Shown here in pieces: positions 37,401 through 50,638 of a stretch of DNA of 64,000 nt. The stretch is from Microbotryum violaceum (lineage: Eukaryota): assembly GCA_001244265.2 (NCBI GenBank), contig CDLV01000009.1, positions 1,922,001-1,986,000 on the forward strand, written 5' to 3'. Made by a program: the position numbers and the translations under genes. Position 1 is the first letter of the stretch. The number at the start of each line of letters is the position of its first letter. A model generated the notes under the pieces. That model saw only the letters and a list, made by a program, of their open reading frames with translations, was not told the origin of the DNA and made no database searches.

Positions 37401-38582
37401 CTGCTACATCGAGTGGAATTTGACCCGGCCTAACAAGCTCTACCAAACGACCCCAAGAAGGATGACCCAAGCGCTGATGCTAAAGCACTACGTCTGTAGG
37501 CAAGGTGGTGGCAGTCAGCGACAGGTGATCCGCCCGAGGAGGTGGGTGAGAACTTGCCTGAAGCACGTAGTGGTTGCGATCGAGGGCGAAGGAAAGGCGG
37601 GAGGTCGCGCTCGAGATCGCGATCCCGGTATGTTTCCCAGCCGCGTCGCACTCGTTGGATAGCTCATACCCGTCCTTCATCAGGCCGGCGAGTGAGACGA
37701 GTTCAGCGGACAGACCGGGGACGAGGAGGACGTCGTGGAGCTCGATGGACGCTTCGTCGACACCGAACCGGAGAGTGCCCGTACCGGTCGCCATGGCACT
37801 GGAGTTGAAGGCGCCGACGACCCGGACGCGCTCCGTGGTGAAGGGCTTGAAGTCGATGAGGAGGTCCCGGCGAGTCGTCATGTGGCGGGTCGCACCCGAA
37901 TCAAGCAAGTAGCGCGGGATGTCGCTCAGGTACAGCGCCGTGTCGTCGTCACCAATGGGTACGCCGACGACAAAGTATCCCTCGTAGGCCTCGTCCTCGA
38001 GCTGAGCCTCGGGTGCACGGTCGACGGCGACGAGCGCCATTACGTCGGCCGCGCCAATGGTGATGTTGTGCTTGGCGAGAACAGCGATGCGGCGGCGAGA
38101 GACCTCTGCCGACGGCACCGTGCATTCGTCGCCAAGATGTCCCTGCTCGTAGCACCTTCTGCACTGCATCCGACCCAGTTTCAGGCGACCAGCGTGCGGG
38201 TTCCCGTGAGGCCACCTCTTCTTGAGGCCGGGCACCCTCGAGGCCTGAAGGAAGGGGGCGCCGAGGGACCGGAAGGACGGCCCGAGGGTTTCGAGCGAGG
38301 ACGACCCGAGGCTGGCTGACTCCGAGACTGCACCCGTGCCGCTAATGCCTCCGCGATGGGCTCGATCTGCCGGCTCGAGGAAAGTGCGGCCCTACGTATC
38401 GCGCCCTCAACTTGCTCGAGCGATGGGAGCGTACCGATGGAGTCGATGACCGTCACGAGGTTCCTCGGCATCCTAGCCTTCAAGAGGTCCATGCGAACGC
38501 CCTCGGACAGCGCGGGCGGTGGTACCCACTTGTCGAAATCGCTCTGGGTAAACGATGTGCCGTCGATCCTGGCGCGTTGATA
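34429..38582 (-). mobile_element. Ty1/Copia LTR retrotransposon, 5'-truncated and frameshifted, with a partial 3' LTR
   Basis: Zn knuckle CRRCYEQGHLGDEC, protease LDSGAT, integrase [39 protein letters not shown] and RNase H DADH/STEAEY/DNQSA, in PR-IN-RT-RH order. A purine tract is followed by TGTTG at about 34636. Confidence 0.93.
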
Positions 38583-39585
38583 ACTACCATGACCTACCAT
38601 GACCTTCGGTGCTCGACAGGTCAATATTCAGCTCGGCGTCCATTAACATTGCCGAGCGCTTGACAGAGGAGGCGATGACCCGCTTGGACTGAGTTGGACG
38701 GACGGCGGCGGCGTGGTCTGGCATGTCATCTGCCGCACATCAGCCAAACAAAGTACATCAGGCACATGCAATATGCACGTACATTCAAGAAGTACTCACG
38801 TCGCTCTGGCCGTGCACAAGTGCTCTCTCTGCGATTGCAGTCCACAAGTGCCAGGAGCTTCGTCAACTTATTCAGAGCTTGGATCGTCTGCGAATGTCGG
38901 AGCGAACGCAAGGATTGTGCCGTATGGGAGACCTGTCCAAAATCCGTGCTCGGGGACCCACTCCGCCTCACGGCTCCAGCCTCGCGACGCCGACTTTGGG
39001 GTCCGATAATTCGGCCGACTACGAGGCTGACGACCTTGAGGGGATCATACAAGCACTCTCCGAGCAAGTGGATGTAATTCAGGGGGAAGCTGAGCTCGAC
39101 GCGGATCCTGAAGTTCACCTCAACCGAGCTGCCGGTGTTGAAGACAACGACTTAGACATTGAGTACGAAGAGGGAGGCAGCGAGGAAGAATATGCGCTGG
39201 CAGATGAGCTTGAACAACCTTGGTGCGAGAACGATTACGAGGATGGCCAAGAAGAAGAGGCCGACCCAGAAGAGGAGGACGATGATAACGAGTAGTACGA
39301 TTATGAGGCTCAAGGGATATCGCGCAAGGAGTGGCTGCGAGTTATAGGTGCCAACTGAAGGGATTTACTTTATATTGATCATCTTTTTGTAATTGAAGTC
39401 AAGAGGATGTATTGCACCAGCTCAGCCAGTGGTTCAGTTGAATCTGTACGTTAAGCAAACGTGCTGATCAAGACTGCAGACATGCAACAGCCAACTCAAG
39501 CTATTGGACTGAGAGAAGGACACCTGCCAGAGACAGCGTGCGCTGCGCAGCATGCAGCCGGGGGTCGGGATAGATCGCAGAGTAG

Positions 39586-40045
39586 GCAAATCCTTCCCAT
39601 TCAGGCTGGATCGGTCAAGGATAGATGGAATGAAATCAGAAAGACTCGAAAATCGCTGTGCTCGGTGACATCAACATGAATATACATTTCATTTGGCTCG
39701 AGACGACTTTAATGTTGTTGCTGTATCGAGATTGCTTCGATTCCGGCTGCACCGATGCAGTTGCCCGCGCAGAGTAAACAAATCCTTCCCATTCAGGCTG
39801 GATCGGTCAAGGATAGATGGAATGACATCAGAAAGGCTCGAACATCGCTGTGCTCGGTGACATCAACATGAATAGACATGTCATGTGGCTCGAGGTGACT
39901 TTAATGTTGTCGCTGTATCGAGATTGCTTCGATTCCGGCTGCACCGACGCAGTTGCTCGCGCAGAGTAAACAAATCCCTCCCATTCAGGTTGGATCGGTC
40001 AAGGATAGATGGAATGACATCAGAAAGACTTGAACAACATCGCAT
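39586..40045. repeat. Tandem repeat with a ~192-bp period (about 2.4 units)
   Basis: aaatccYtcccattcaggYtggatcggtcaaggatagatggaatga at about 39588, 39780 and 39972. Confidence 0.85.
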
Positions 40046-40699
40046 ACTGAGCTGTATGGGATATTCGCCTTTACTTCGAATCCAAGCCCAAGCCCGGGCC
40101 CGAAAAAATCTTTGTAGACTCGGAGGTCGCTCGGCGGTGCTCGACATGGGAAGTTCGTGTGGAGAGATTAGTCAAGCGCATGGGGAGCGGTTATAACGCT
40201 ACCATCGAGGCATTTGGTTACTGGCGTGTTGTAAGAATAGCAGGAACGCACCAATACTTGCCTGCGGAACGAGATTTTCAGAATTGTAGATTGGCGCACC
40301 GAGCGCGCACCGAGCGACGTTTCGGTTTTGAAGTTAACCCTGGAATGGCAAGATACCGTGGAGTTAGAAAGGCATGGCGGTCTGACATGCCTGGACACGC
40401 ATTTCGTCCACAGGAATATTCTGCGCAGCATTTGTCTTTAGATGGCTCTTTTGAGCAAAAGGAATTGGCGCAGCCAAACGCGGCTAGTGAAATTGGTGAG
40501 GTAAGACTTTAAGCAAACTACAATATAGCCAAACTAGCATTACGCATGGAAAGACCCAAGCGCGAAGTACCACAACCGGGACTCGGCTAGTGAGGTCAGA
40601 ACCGACGTTCCACATCCAGTCTAACCCAGCGTAATATACGGGCATTCGCTGCCTGCGTCAGTAGTTCACAATCCCCCTTTGTCCAGCATCGAGGAGCAC

Positions 40700-42130
40700 T
40701 ATGCACTACCATCCCAGGCCACCCTAACAGTTGCACTTGCTGCTGTTCCTCTAACGCCTCTACGCCAGACGTCGTCCATGCATTGACGGAAGCCATGCTT
40801 GCCACCCTTCCAGCGCTCGCGTGCCCTGCAAGATCGGCCACATCCGATTCCAAGTGGGAGATCTTTTAGCATCACTGCCCCAGTCACACACCACATACAT
40901 GGTGCGAAAGGTAGCCGCTTACTGAGACTAGCGTCCAGATAATCTCCCAACCAGACTCTTGCTCGATCTCGATTGTTGCCTCCCAAGCCTGGCTGCCATT
41001 GAAAAGGCACATACATGGGCGGGGCAGCTGATTGCAAACGCGTGAGCTGACGAGAATTTGACGCAATGTAGGCAATTACAAAGCATACACGTTTATATAA
41101 CTCACCATGAAGCGATATGAATCCTTCCAAACCCATACACAGTGATTGCAATTCGAGTGCGACCATCGGCAATATTGATTGGCTGTGCCCGACGAGTACA
41201 ATCCGCTGTTTCGAGGTAGTGCCTTTTCGCCCCAATCGTATGATGCATACACGAGGATGAATTCGACCCCATGTAGTTTCGACAGCTGATGGAGCTAGAA
41301 CGGGGGTGTTGAAGTACAAAAATCGCATGTCAATGACACATATCGGGCGAGCGAAAGTCATCGCGAGAGGCATTTGACACTGCACGCCAAGAATTCATGC
41401 GTACCCTTCGTCCAATCGTTTTCATTTCGGGAATACGTTTGGCATGTTTCCTCTTGACGATCGCCTCACCTGCTGCATCGTTCACGGTCTGATCGGCTTC
41501 CTTCCTTAGCTCCTCCCTCTGGTCTTCGGTCGTTCGGGCATAATCCTTGCTCGCCGCCTGCGACACCTCGGGCAGCGAGCGCTTCTTAGGTCGAGGAGCG
41601 GCTGGTGGATTCACGTCGAGGAACATCGTAATGCGGCGATCGCCATTCGGTGAAGTCAGCAAGCCGCGAGCTTTTGCAAGTGCGCTCGAGTCCGAGGCGA
41701 GCTGGCGGGGACCTACGCTCCGTTTCGGAATCTGAAGCCTCACCAGCATCTTCGAGCGCGGCTTGAGACGGCAGCGCTGTTTGTGATGCTATGCTGACAA
41801 AGTGATTCCATCCCGAGACTGCGCGCTTGGGTCGGAGAAGATTCTCCGCATAGAGACCTGCGAGAAGCTGAGCACGCGCTTCGGCGAACGATATCCGAAC
41901 GTTCAAAGCCATGCGCTGCGCGGTGTCGTCGAGGCACGCCGAGAGTTCGTTGAGATAAGCTTTGTTGGCCTCTTTACGAGCAAGCTTACGGAGCTGTGAG
42001 CGATCTTCGTCGGGACTTGAAGTTTGCATGGCGACAGGTAGGTTCCAAGGCGTTTGAGAGGGACGAGGAAGAAAGCGCGACGCGACGCGAAGCAAACACA
42101 GAGGCGCCCAGCTACAGTAACGCATTATCG
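40700..42130 (-). pseudogene. Degenerate transposon-accessory ORF (R..SGWNHF motif, helical/HMG-like)
   Basis: RPKRAVSGWNHFVS...EDQREELRKEA...ELQSLCMGLEGF resembles accessory ORFs that accompany fungal DNA transposases. It is fragmented. Confidence 0.35.
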
Positions 42131-42199
42131 GAAGCGACTCGGCGTGACGGGCGTTGAGCCAGATGCGAAATGATGTCAGCTACCTACCCACTTTATATT

Positions 42200-44070
42200 T
42201 GGAGGGTACCAGACCTTATCTTCCTCCTATATGATTAGATTGTTTGAGTACTCGGTGCTCAAACATCTGAGGCGAGCCCCAGGCCCCAGCCTGTAAAATG
42301 CGCCGGACTTGACCAGTTTGGACAAGTTCGGAGTCAGTCTTCGCACTTCGGCCGAAACCACTGCACCCGTGAACTGGGTCGTTAATTTTATCGGAGTCAG
42401 GGAGTGAGCTTTGCCTATCATCATCGACTTCATTTGGAAGCTTAGTTCTAACTCGACTTATCACTCCGAATTGGGTCGCCAGCTGTTCCCCGAAAAGCCG
42501 TTCCGATCGAGAAGTCCGACTTGTGAGCAGGGAGCTTTGTTGCACTCGTCACGGCCTGTCGCATGCTGGTCACAACTCTATCAGCCAATCACCGAAAATT
42601 TCATCACCCCTTCGCGTCTCCAATAGCTGTATCACAATTCACGTGCACTCAGACGGATCGTAGTCATGGCTTCGATCTGTCTGAGTCTGGGTCGTCTCTG
42701 ATTCAATCGCGTGCGTTCGATCTGCACGAGCATAGCTATCACAACGAACAGCGCGATTTAAGCGGTAAAACGTGTTGGAGTGCACACCATAGGTGTCTCA
42801 TCGCCCAGATGTTCTTCTCTGGTATGTGCGACTTGCTCGGCACGGTCGCGCCTCGCATCATCGCACGGCGGCTCCGCGTCTGCCTCCAACGCTTCTTCAA
42901 ATAGTAGTCAAAGGAGGCTGATATGGGCCTTTCGAGTAGTGCCTGGCCACGCAACAAGCACAATCGTCTTCTCATGCAAAGGGAGCAATATACGTTAATA
43001 TAATTGAGCTACATGCTGCATAGTTTGTGGTCGTTCCTCTTCGTGGCTACGTAGATCGTGTGCAAGTCAAGGCGGTCCGAGCTCGGTGTACCGGGCATGC
43101 CAATTGTCGTACGCGACGGCGCGTCGATGATTGGCTTATGGCTTATCATGCTGGTAGGTATACTCGAAAGACAAGGTGGAGCAAATTCAATGTATTCACA
43201 CTTTTTGCTCACCTAACATCATATCAAACGGCAGAGTGAATCAGGAGTCCAGAAGTCGAGGTTTCAACGCGCCGCCGTCAAAGCGCCGACTCGCGCCGAT
43301 CTCTTTGGGACTGAGGGACGCCATTATATGGACAAAAGTGACTCGAGTCCCCAGCTTCGCATCATCCTAGGACGCTTCAAGATCGTCTCCAAAGAATCGG
43401 CCACATTCTACGGTGGACAACGGTGGAAGTCAGTGTATTGATTTCGATGAGACACTGGCATTTCCACACGCTCAAGAGTCAAATTCGCGCCTTCGATCGC
43501 AAGCAGCAACTACCGACGGTCTAGGAGAAATTCGCAATATGTTTACCCGTGAGTGTGTTTCGAAGGACGTCCCCAGGTGCTTTCTAGGATGTTTGTAGAT
43601 TTGACTGGTCTAACACGGCGCATATTTACATCAGATTTCCTCATGGTGGCGAGTGAAAAGGCGCGGCTACTTGAGGTGCCTGTCAACTAGGGCTTCGAGC
43701 CTCAGCGCCCAGCGTGTTTGCAACCTTATTCTCGAAGATGTCTAGCTTTGCATGATTCATAACATTGTGGTGAAATATTTAGCTCTGCTTGTCTTGAAGT
43801 TGGCCCTGAGGTCCTGAGACTCAGTCCAAGAGCGAAAATGGGAGGCGCGAATTGAACAAAAAAATGATCAATTCGACCCGAGGACAAATCTTCGACAAGC
43901 GTGCTGCGCATCGCGGAGGTTTGATGAGCGCGACTCTGGTTAGACAGCAATTTGAAGAGGGTGCTTGTTTGGCATTGTGGTATAGGTTCCTCTGTCTGAG
44001 CGTGGGAGAGGGCTCACTCCCTGAGCTACCTCGGCGAAGGAGTTCGCCAATCGCTAATGAACTTACACGT
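42200..44070 (-). mobile_element. Highly degenerate Plavaka-like transposase remnant
   Basis: Scattered frameshifted motifs KPRLL..HSA..EQ, LCLLRG and NTFYRLN..DSYA..DRTHAIES, in the expected order. Many stops. Confidence 0.3.
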
Positions 44071-45651
44071 TGACTCGGACTACTTTTTTATTTTTTATCT
44101 GGTAGTACCCAGTAGCAGTATAATTAGATTAATACCTAGAAACCTTCGGAAAAGTCGTAGCGAATGCTTTTACGCACACTCGCAGAGGCCAGTACAGTAG
44201 TGTAGGGCTCATTAATCCTGCATCAGGATCAACCATACTCACTACAGAGACGGTGCGCTCGGCAGAGCGACTTTCGAATTCCAATCGGGCATATCAACAT
44301 CTTGGTAGTGTTAATTTAAGCCTCCCTAAGCCGGCTGTGAGCTTCTACAGGGCAAACTCACGATGACTGGAGACTATGACGTGCTCCAAAAGTACTCCTT
44401 TTCCTTGCTTAGAAATGTTGGACTTTATTGAGGACTCTTGACATGAACTACAGGCAAGATATAGGGGGTACATCCAAGGAGGGTGCATGTTCCCCGCACG
44501 CCAGGCATTTAAGCTACACTTTCTTCTTCTATTTTCTGGCATATTTAGCTGTTAGTTTAGGTTAGGTAGAGGTGCAGTGAAGGTACACCCATCAGCGCGC
44601 TGTCCCTCTCCGCTCTGACCACTCACCCTCATCTCTTCAATCTGGGCCTGCCGACGGGCCTTTTATCGACAAGTCAGACCGCGGATATCTGGAACGCGTG
44701 GAATGCCAAGAATCCCAAAGATGCAGCAGCCAAGAAAGGCTGGTTGCTGCTGGAGGACGGTTTTGATGAGCTTCGGGACGCATGCGCATGATCTCGTTGG
44801 TCTGGCGTGGAGAAGGTTCCGAGTGTCCTGCAGCAAAACTGCTTGCTGGATTGGTCTATCTCAAGGCAGAGCAAGAACTTGCGCGTCGCGTTGGAACTCC
44901 GACCAGACGTCGTATGTCTAGAATCTCGGCGTCAGATTCGAGGTGGTTCAATACGACAGAACGCTCAAATCAGAAGGAAGTTAAGAGAAAGCGCGCGCGC
45001 GCTCGCGCTCATGTAGCCTGCAGAGTGTACTCCTCAAGTGTCAACTCAACACCTAGTGCATGTATTATAAGCTTGAAGTAACGGATGAAGAGTTGACTCT
45101 GTGCGTAGGCATTACAGTGCACTTGTTTCATTTTCAGACAACTTAAACTCAGCAGGTGCTTGCGCTTCCGAAGCCTTCCACAAGAGGCAACTCGCTATGA
45201 GTAGCCTGAGATCTATAGGTGAGGCAACTGATGAGAATAACAGTTCGGATCCGAATCTCGGACTTCTGAAAAAAAAAAAATGCTCAGAAGTTAGCCATGA
45301 CTGATGAGTGGGGGTCAGGTGGTCTGTAGGCGCCTCAACGCTTGCTACGGTCCCCGCCAAACGGATAGAGGCTGTTGCCCGTTTGGCTCTGGGGCCGGAG
45401 TCGAGCTACGAAGCTGACGAGAACACTATATTGAGCATTGCGTATTGCAGACGAAACTGAGGGAAGTGCATATGATACAAAAAGCTATAGTAGAGGAGAG
45501 ACAGGTCTAGAAGAGTGAGTGAAGATATTACGAGCACTGCCGAGAAAAAGAGAGAGAGGAAGTAAAGAGATCACGAGCATTGCCGAGAGAGAGAGAGAGG
45601 GAGAGAGAATAGAGTAGAGGGGGGGAGAGAGGGAAAGCGAGAGAGGGAGGT

Positions 45652-48286
45652 TCACGCTCGAAGTTTGAGATAAGATCGTCCCCAGTCGACGAAGCAAAAG
45701 CCCCCATCGTCGGGTCGAACCAATACGTTCCCCTGGCGGATATCGTTGTGAACAATTCCAAGCTCAACGAAAGCCTTCTCGATCTCCCTGCACATGGCGA
45801 GGACGAAGTGAAAGAACAGGGGTGTCAGCATCACGCTGAGCCGTCGACAACTTGCCGCGGCCCGAAGACTTACTGCCATTGACCAGACCGTTCATAAAAC
45901 TCGGAGTAATTCATATGAGTCCCCACATTCTCAAGCACCATAGCGTACCCATTGCCGTTGATACCGCGGTACGTGCCGTGGTATTGTGGCAGATGTTTTT
46001 GGAGCCGATCGGGAAGGTGGGGAAAGACGTGCTGATAAAACAGCGTCTCCCGGACGACCGAGCCAACATGGTTACATGTCACGAGCTTGAGAAAGTACCT
46101 CGTGTTCGGAGCAGGGTGGCCAACAAGGGGGACCTCGCGATTGGCCGGGGAGGACCAACGTGGGTTGACGCGCACCACGTTCGCAAGATACCCGTCGGCA
46201 GTGCTTCCCGTCCCAACCTGCTTCTCCAGGCGAAGATCCGCCGCGGCCTCGAAGTAACCCAACAGTTCCAGCGGGATCCGATCGTCTTCGAGCTCGTCCT
46301 TGGGGTCTTCCGTCAACCACTGCACAATAGCATCAGACAGATGGAGGCTCCGGATGAAGTCGGTGGCTGGGGAAGGGTTCGACGACAGAAGGGACGAAAG
46401 GGGCGAGTCGGAACGATCCGAGGAGACGATATCAAAGTCGATTTCGACCAGATTGACGCGGCTCGTGCCCGTGTACGACTGCAAAGAGCACAAGAGGACA
46501 CGTTCGGTGAGCGGAGCCACGAGTGCTGGCACAGGAGCCGCATGGTCAGAATGTGTGACGCACCATCATCGACCAGTGCGCATCCGACAAGCTCGCCTGG
46601 ATCACGAAATTGCGATCGTGAGCGATTGTGATCGATTTCGATGAAGGAACCGAGCCGGAAGCCGGCGATGTCGTCGGACTCCGGTCCGTCGACGCAGGAG
46701 GGGACGAGAAGCAGAGAGCCTCAGGAGTGAGCGCGCCAGAGGAGAGGTCGGACCCGGCCTCTTCGGAGACGGGCGGGGTGACGGGCCGATTCGAACCCTT
46801 GGCTTGAGTGAGCGGGGGGTCGCCTGCCAGTCGCCTTGAGGAGCGAGTACCGGGGCCAATGGCCGACGTTTTCGGTGCTTTGTTTGCCGGCTCGTAGGAG
46901 GGATCTTCACGGTCCGAGTCCGAGACGGCGCGAGGTCGCGACTGATTCGAGGTGTTCGGGTTGGCGTCGAGCAATTCTTTGACGCGATCTTTCCCCGGCT
47001 CGGGCACCTTCATCACGGCTGTGAACGCCAGAGCAATGAAAGACACGATGAACGACCGCGCCGGTAAGTCAACGCCGAGGGTCTCGGCGGGCTGGAGCGA
47101 GGTGCCTGGATAGCGCTCGACCCATCGCACCAACTCTTGAAGGAGCAGGCTATACTGTCTTCGAACAGCGGGTGGGGTGCTCGCCTCGGTCGTGGTAGGG
47201 GGGTGGGGGTCGATGAGTGGGGCGTGCCAGGCATTGGTGCCGTCGAGGTGGAAGCTGACGCTGTCGAAGCTGCCGCATCGCTTGCCCTTGCAGCGTCGGA
47301 TGGTTGGTGTTCAACTGTGTATGAAGGACCCACGATTGCGCAGTTGCATGCATCAGTGACTCTGCGTGACCGTTACACCATGCACAGGTCGAAGCCGAAG
47401 GCGCGACATACCCAGTTCACCGATCTGAAAAAACGGCACCGAGAACAGGAGAAAGAACCGGCAGGCTTGGGAAGCGCACTGAATGATGGCCTGCAAAAGG
47501 CACGCGAACATAGTTAGATCAGATCGAAGTTCCGAGGCCGATTCGAATAAAAATCGTATTTCTTACCTTCGTGGCTATGGCGTCGGGACCGACCGAGACT
47601 TGCGTTTCCAAATTCTGCAGCGGCACCGGCGACGCGTGATCAAGCACTGGAATCGCCGAGTTGGTTCCGGTTGGAGGGGGCCCTTTGGCCGCCGTGTGAT
47701 GCACGGGTCCCCGCTTGAACTCGATCGCGATTGACGAGACAACAACTGCTGAGTCTTCAACCCCACGGCCAATTTGCAGGATGGCATCGCCGCGCGTTCG
47801 GTATGATAGCCCTTGGAAGCTACTTGGCGTTACCCAGTAGCCACTGGTCGTGGGCGTAAAGTTCTCTTCGGTGATCGATGCATAGTGGTCGAGCAGTTCG
47901 CACGTTGCACCTTCTAGGCCGCCAGCGAAAATGGACGTGAATGCATCTCGGACCTCTTCTTTGGTAATCCGAGCCCTGCGGCGAGCCCTGGTCGAACCCA
48001 TCGCCTCAATGACGGCGATCTTGGCTTCGAAGAGCTCGAGCAGCGATGGGTGTAAGTCGATTAGACTTAAAAATGAGTCGACGATCCTGTCGCCAGGAGA
48101 AGAGTAATCGCCCCATCTCAATCCTCCCGAACGTGCGGCACAATCGAACGCAGTTCCAGCGTTGGCCTGCAAGCGCGGAGCGGTTGAGTAATCAGGCGCG
48201 TTGCCAGGCGGAGGTGGCTCGAACCAAGTGTGTGGAGTGCATGAAAAGAGGTGGCGCATAGGTAGATTGAGACTTGTGGCAGGCAT
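45652..48286 (-). CDS. K3: nuclease-kinase gene copy (homopolymer frameshift near 47200)
   Basis: Inverted near-identical copy of K1/K2. Confidence 0.8.
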
Positions 48287-48783
48287 CGTAGCTGATATTG
48301 GACCGTGCTGTTGGGCGCCGCTTTTAGTGCCACCGTGCCACGTGCCCAGGCTACCAAGACCCCTGGGAATCACGGTTGAGTGACGAGCAGGAGAGGGTAG
48401 CAAAGTTCCTGGTCGGCAGGTGGCCAGAGGCTGCCGGCTGCCGGAGGCGGGCGACAGGACCCCGAAAGCCCGGCCTTGAGGCGCGTAGTGCCCGACCGGT
48501 CAAATTGTGGGCCTCAGATGGGCCAAATTCGCGAAGGCGCGTAGTCGGGGGTGGACAAATCAGGTGCGCCGGTGCGGCTGCGCCGAACCTCGCCAGCCGG
48601 CCCTCCTCTCAAAAGACAAATGGTGGCGTGCTCGTGAGTCGTTGCATCTGTGCGAGCCTGGAAGCATCGTGTTGGACAGCGCGAGAGAGTAGCTGGCAAG
48701 CAGTTGGCGGGAGAATTTCGCATCTGCTATATTGGAGGTGCCCACTGTATATAATGACCGCCGCCGCCGACACTTGCTACTAG

Positions 48784-49934
48784 CAGGTCTCCCCGCTAGA
48801 TGTCTAGATATCTATATCTTAGCACATCTCGCTGAGATATAGATGACATCTTATCTAGGGGCCAAATATCTTAGATAGATAAGGCCCCGGGGTTTTCCTC
48901 AGATATCTTTAGATATCTTGACTTTTTTGGTGTCTGGTACAGACTCCTGTTGCGCTGGAAGTTGTAGTTTCCCCTAAGGAGGTTCTTGCTCCCTAGCGAG
49001 GACATCGAATTTCAAATCGTATTCGGCTCAATCCCCATGTTTGTGCCGCATGGTTTGGCCCAAGCGCTGACCGCGGGTGAGGCCGTGAGGCGGGACGGCT
49101 TGCCGACGGGCCAATTTGGGAGCTGAGGCCTTCAGACGCTTTTGCTGCCAGAGGGTGCTTCATCAACTAATCACACAAATCACACAAAGAAAGGAGGTGC
49201 AATTGCGACATTTTGGGAACTTCGCAATGTACCCGCGCCGTTTTCTTTTCTTTCGTTGCTCACTCGCACTCTCACACCTCGCCGAACGACATTACTAGTA
49301 ATCGATAGTCTTTGCTAAAGCAGCTTGGAGTCGGACGTCCCCACGGCTGAGGAGGAGCTTGCGAGTACGAAATTCGCCACCAACGAAGAGGCACAGAGTT
49401 ACTGCTTTCGACTGAGAGGAGGTTGTGCAAGCGATCGCTGGCAAGCTTGCTAGTTCAGCTGAAAAGGTAAAGTCAAAGACGTCATGGCGGTCGTTCCCAG
49501 CGGAGGTGGAGATTTCGGACGAATCTGACGACACTGATTAGCACAACGATCGGCCTCAATGCATTCTCCCGCTTGACCAAGCAATCATTCGTCTTCCCAG
49601 CACTTATCAATGCACGAGAATCAGAAAACGGTGAACAGAAAGCCAGCTTTGCCTGTTCATCCACATTTTGTGATACTTAGATTGTGGTACTGGCCACCCA
49701 ACAGGCTCCCACTGCACGAGTCCCAAACAACCGCCTCCAAGCGAAGATATCTGACATCTTATCTCCTAAGATATCTATCTATATCTCATCTTAACCCACT
49801 TAGATATCTATTAGATATCTAGACATCTATCTAAGATATCTGACTAAGATGGGAGATAGATAAGGGCCAGAGCCCAGTTTTTTTAGATAGATATCTAATA
49901 TCTGCGAGATCATCTTATCTAATGGGGAACCCTG
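48784..49934. mobile_element. Non-autonomous hAT-like element, 1151 bp
   Basis: 8-bp TSD GCTACTAG (48776-83, 49935-42). Imperfect TIRs CAGGTCTCCCC / CAGGGTTCCCC and AGATAT subterminal arrays. Empty site at about 21693-21700. Confidence 0.9.
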
Positions 49935-50638
49935 GCTACTAGCACTCGAGCTCGGACTGATCGACATTGACGCTAAAGCGCTAATCCTGCCAGACTGTGT
50001 CCGTGCTCTGCGCTGTGAGTAATGGATTATAAACTTGAAGTGAGACGGATGGAGAGTGGACTATGTGCGTCGAATGTGCATGACAGTGCACTTGTTGCAT
50101 TTTCAGACAACTTAAACTCAGCATGTGCTTCAAGTTGCGCTTCCGAGGCCTTGGCCTTCCACAACCTGAAGAAGCAATTCGCTATGAGTAGCCTGAGTTT
50201 TATAGGGCAGAAAGCTGATGAGAATAACAGTTCGAATCCGAATCTCGGACTTTTCGAAGAAAACTATCAGAAGTTAGCCATGACTGCTGAGTGGAGATCA
50301 GGTGGTCTGTAGGCGCCTCCGAGTCATCGCTTGTTATGGTCCTAGCCGAACCGGTAAGAAGCTGTCGCCCGTTTGGCTCTGGGGCCCGCAGTCCAGCTAT
50401 GAAGCTGGACAGAACAAAGTTGTGAGCATTGCGCATTGCAGACAAAACTGAGGGAAGTACGTATGTATATAAAGCAACAGTAGAGGAGATACAGGTTTAG
50501 AGGAGGAAGTGAAGATCTTACGAGCGTTGCCGAGAGAAAGGGAGAGGGAGTGAAGAGATCACGAGCATTGCCGAAAGAGAGAGAGAGAGAGAGAGAGAAT
50601 AGAGTAGAGGGGGGAGAGAGGGAAAGCGAGAGGGAGGT

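Noticed and set aside
38723..39295. 190-aa ORF with an acidic tail
   Set aside because: Chimeric across a duplication breakpoint (about 38818), low complexity, with no recognisable domain.
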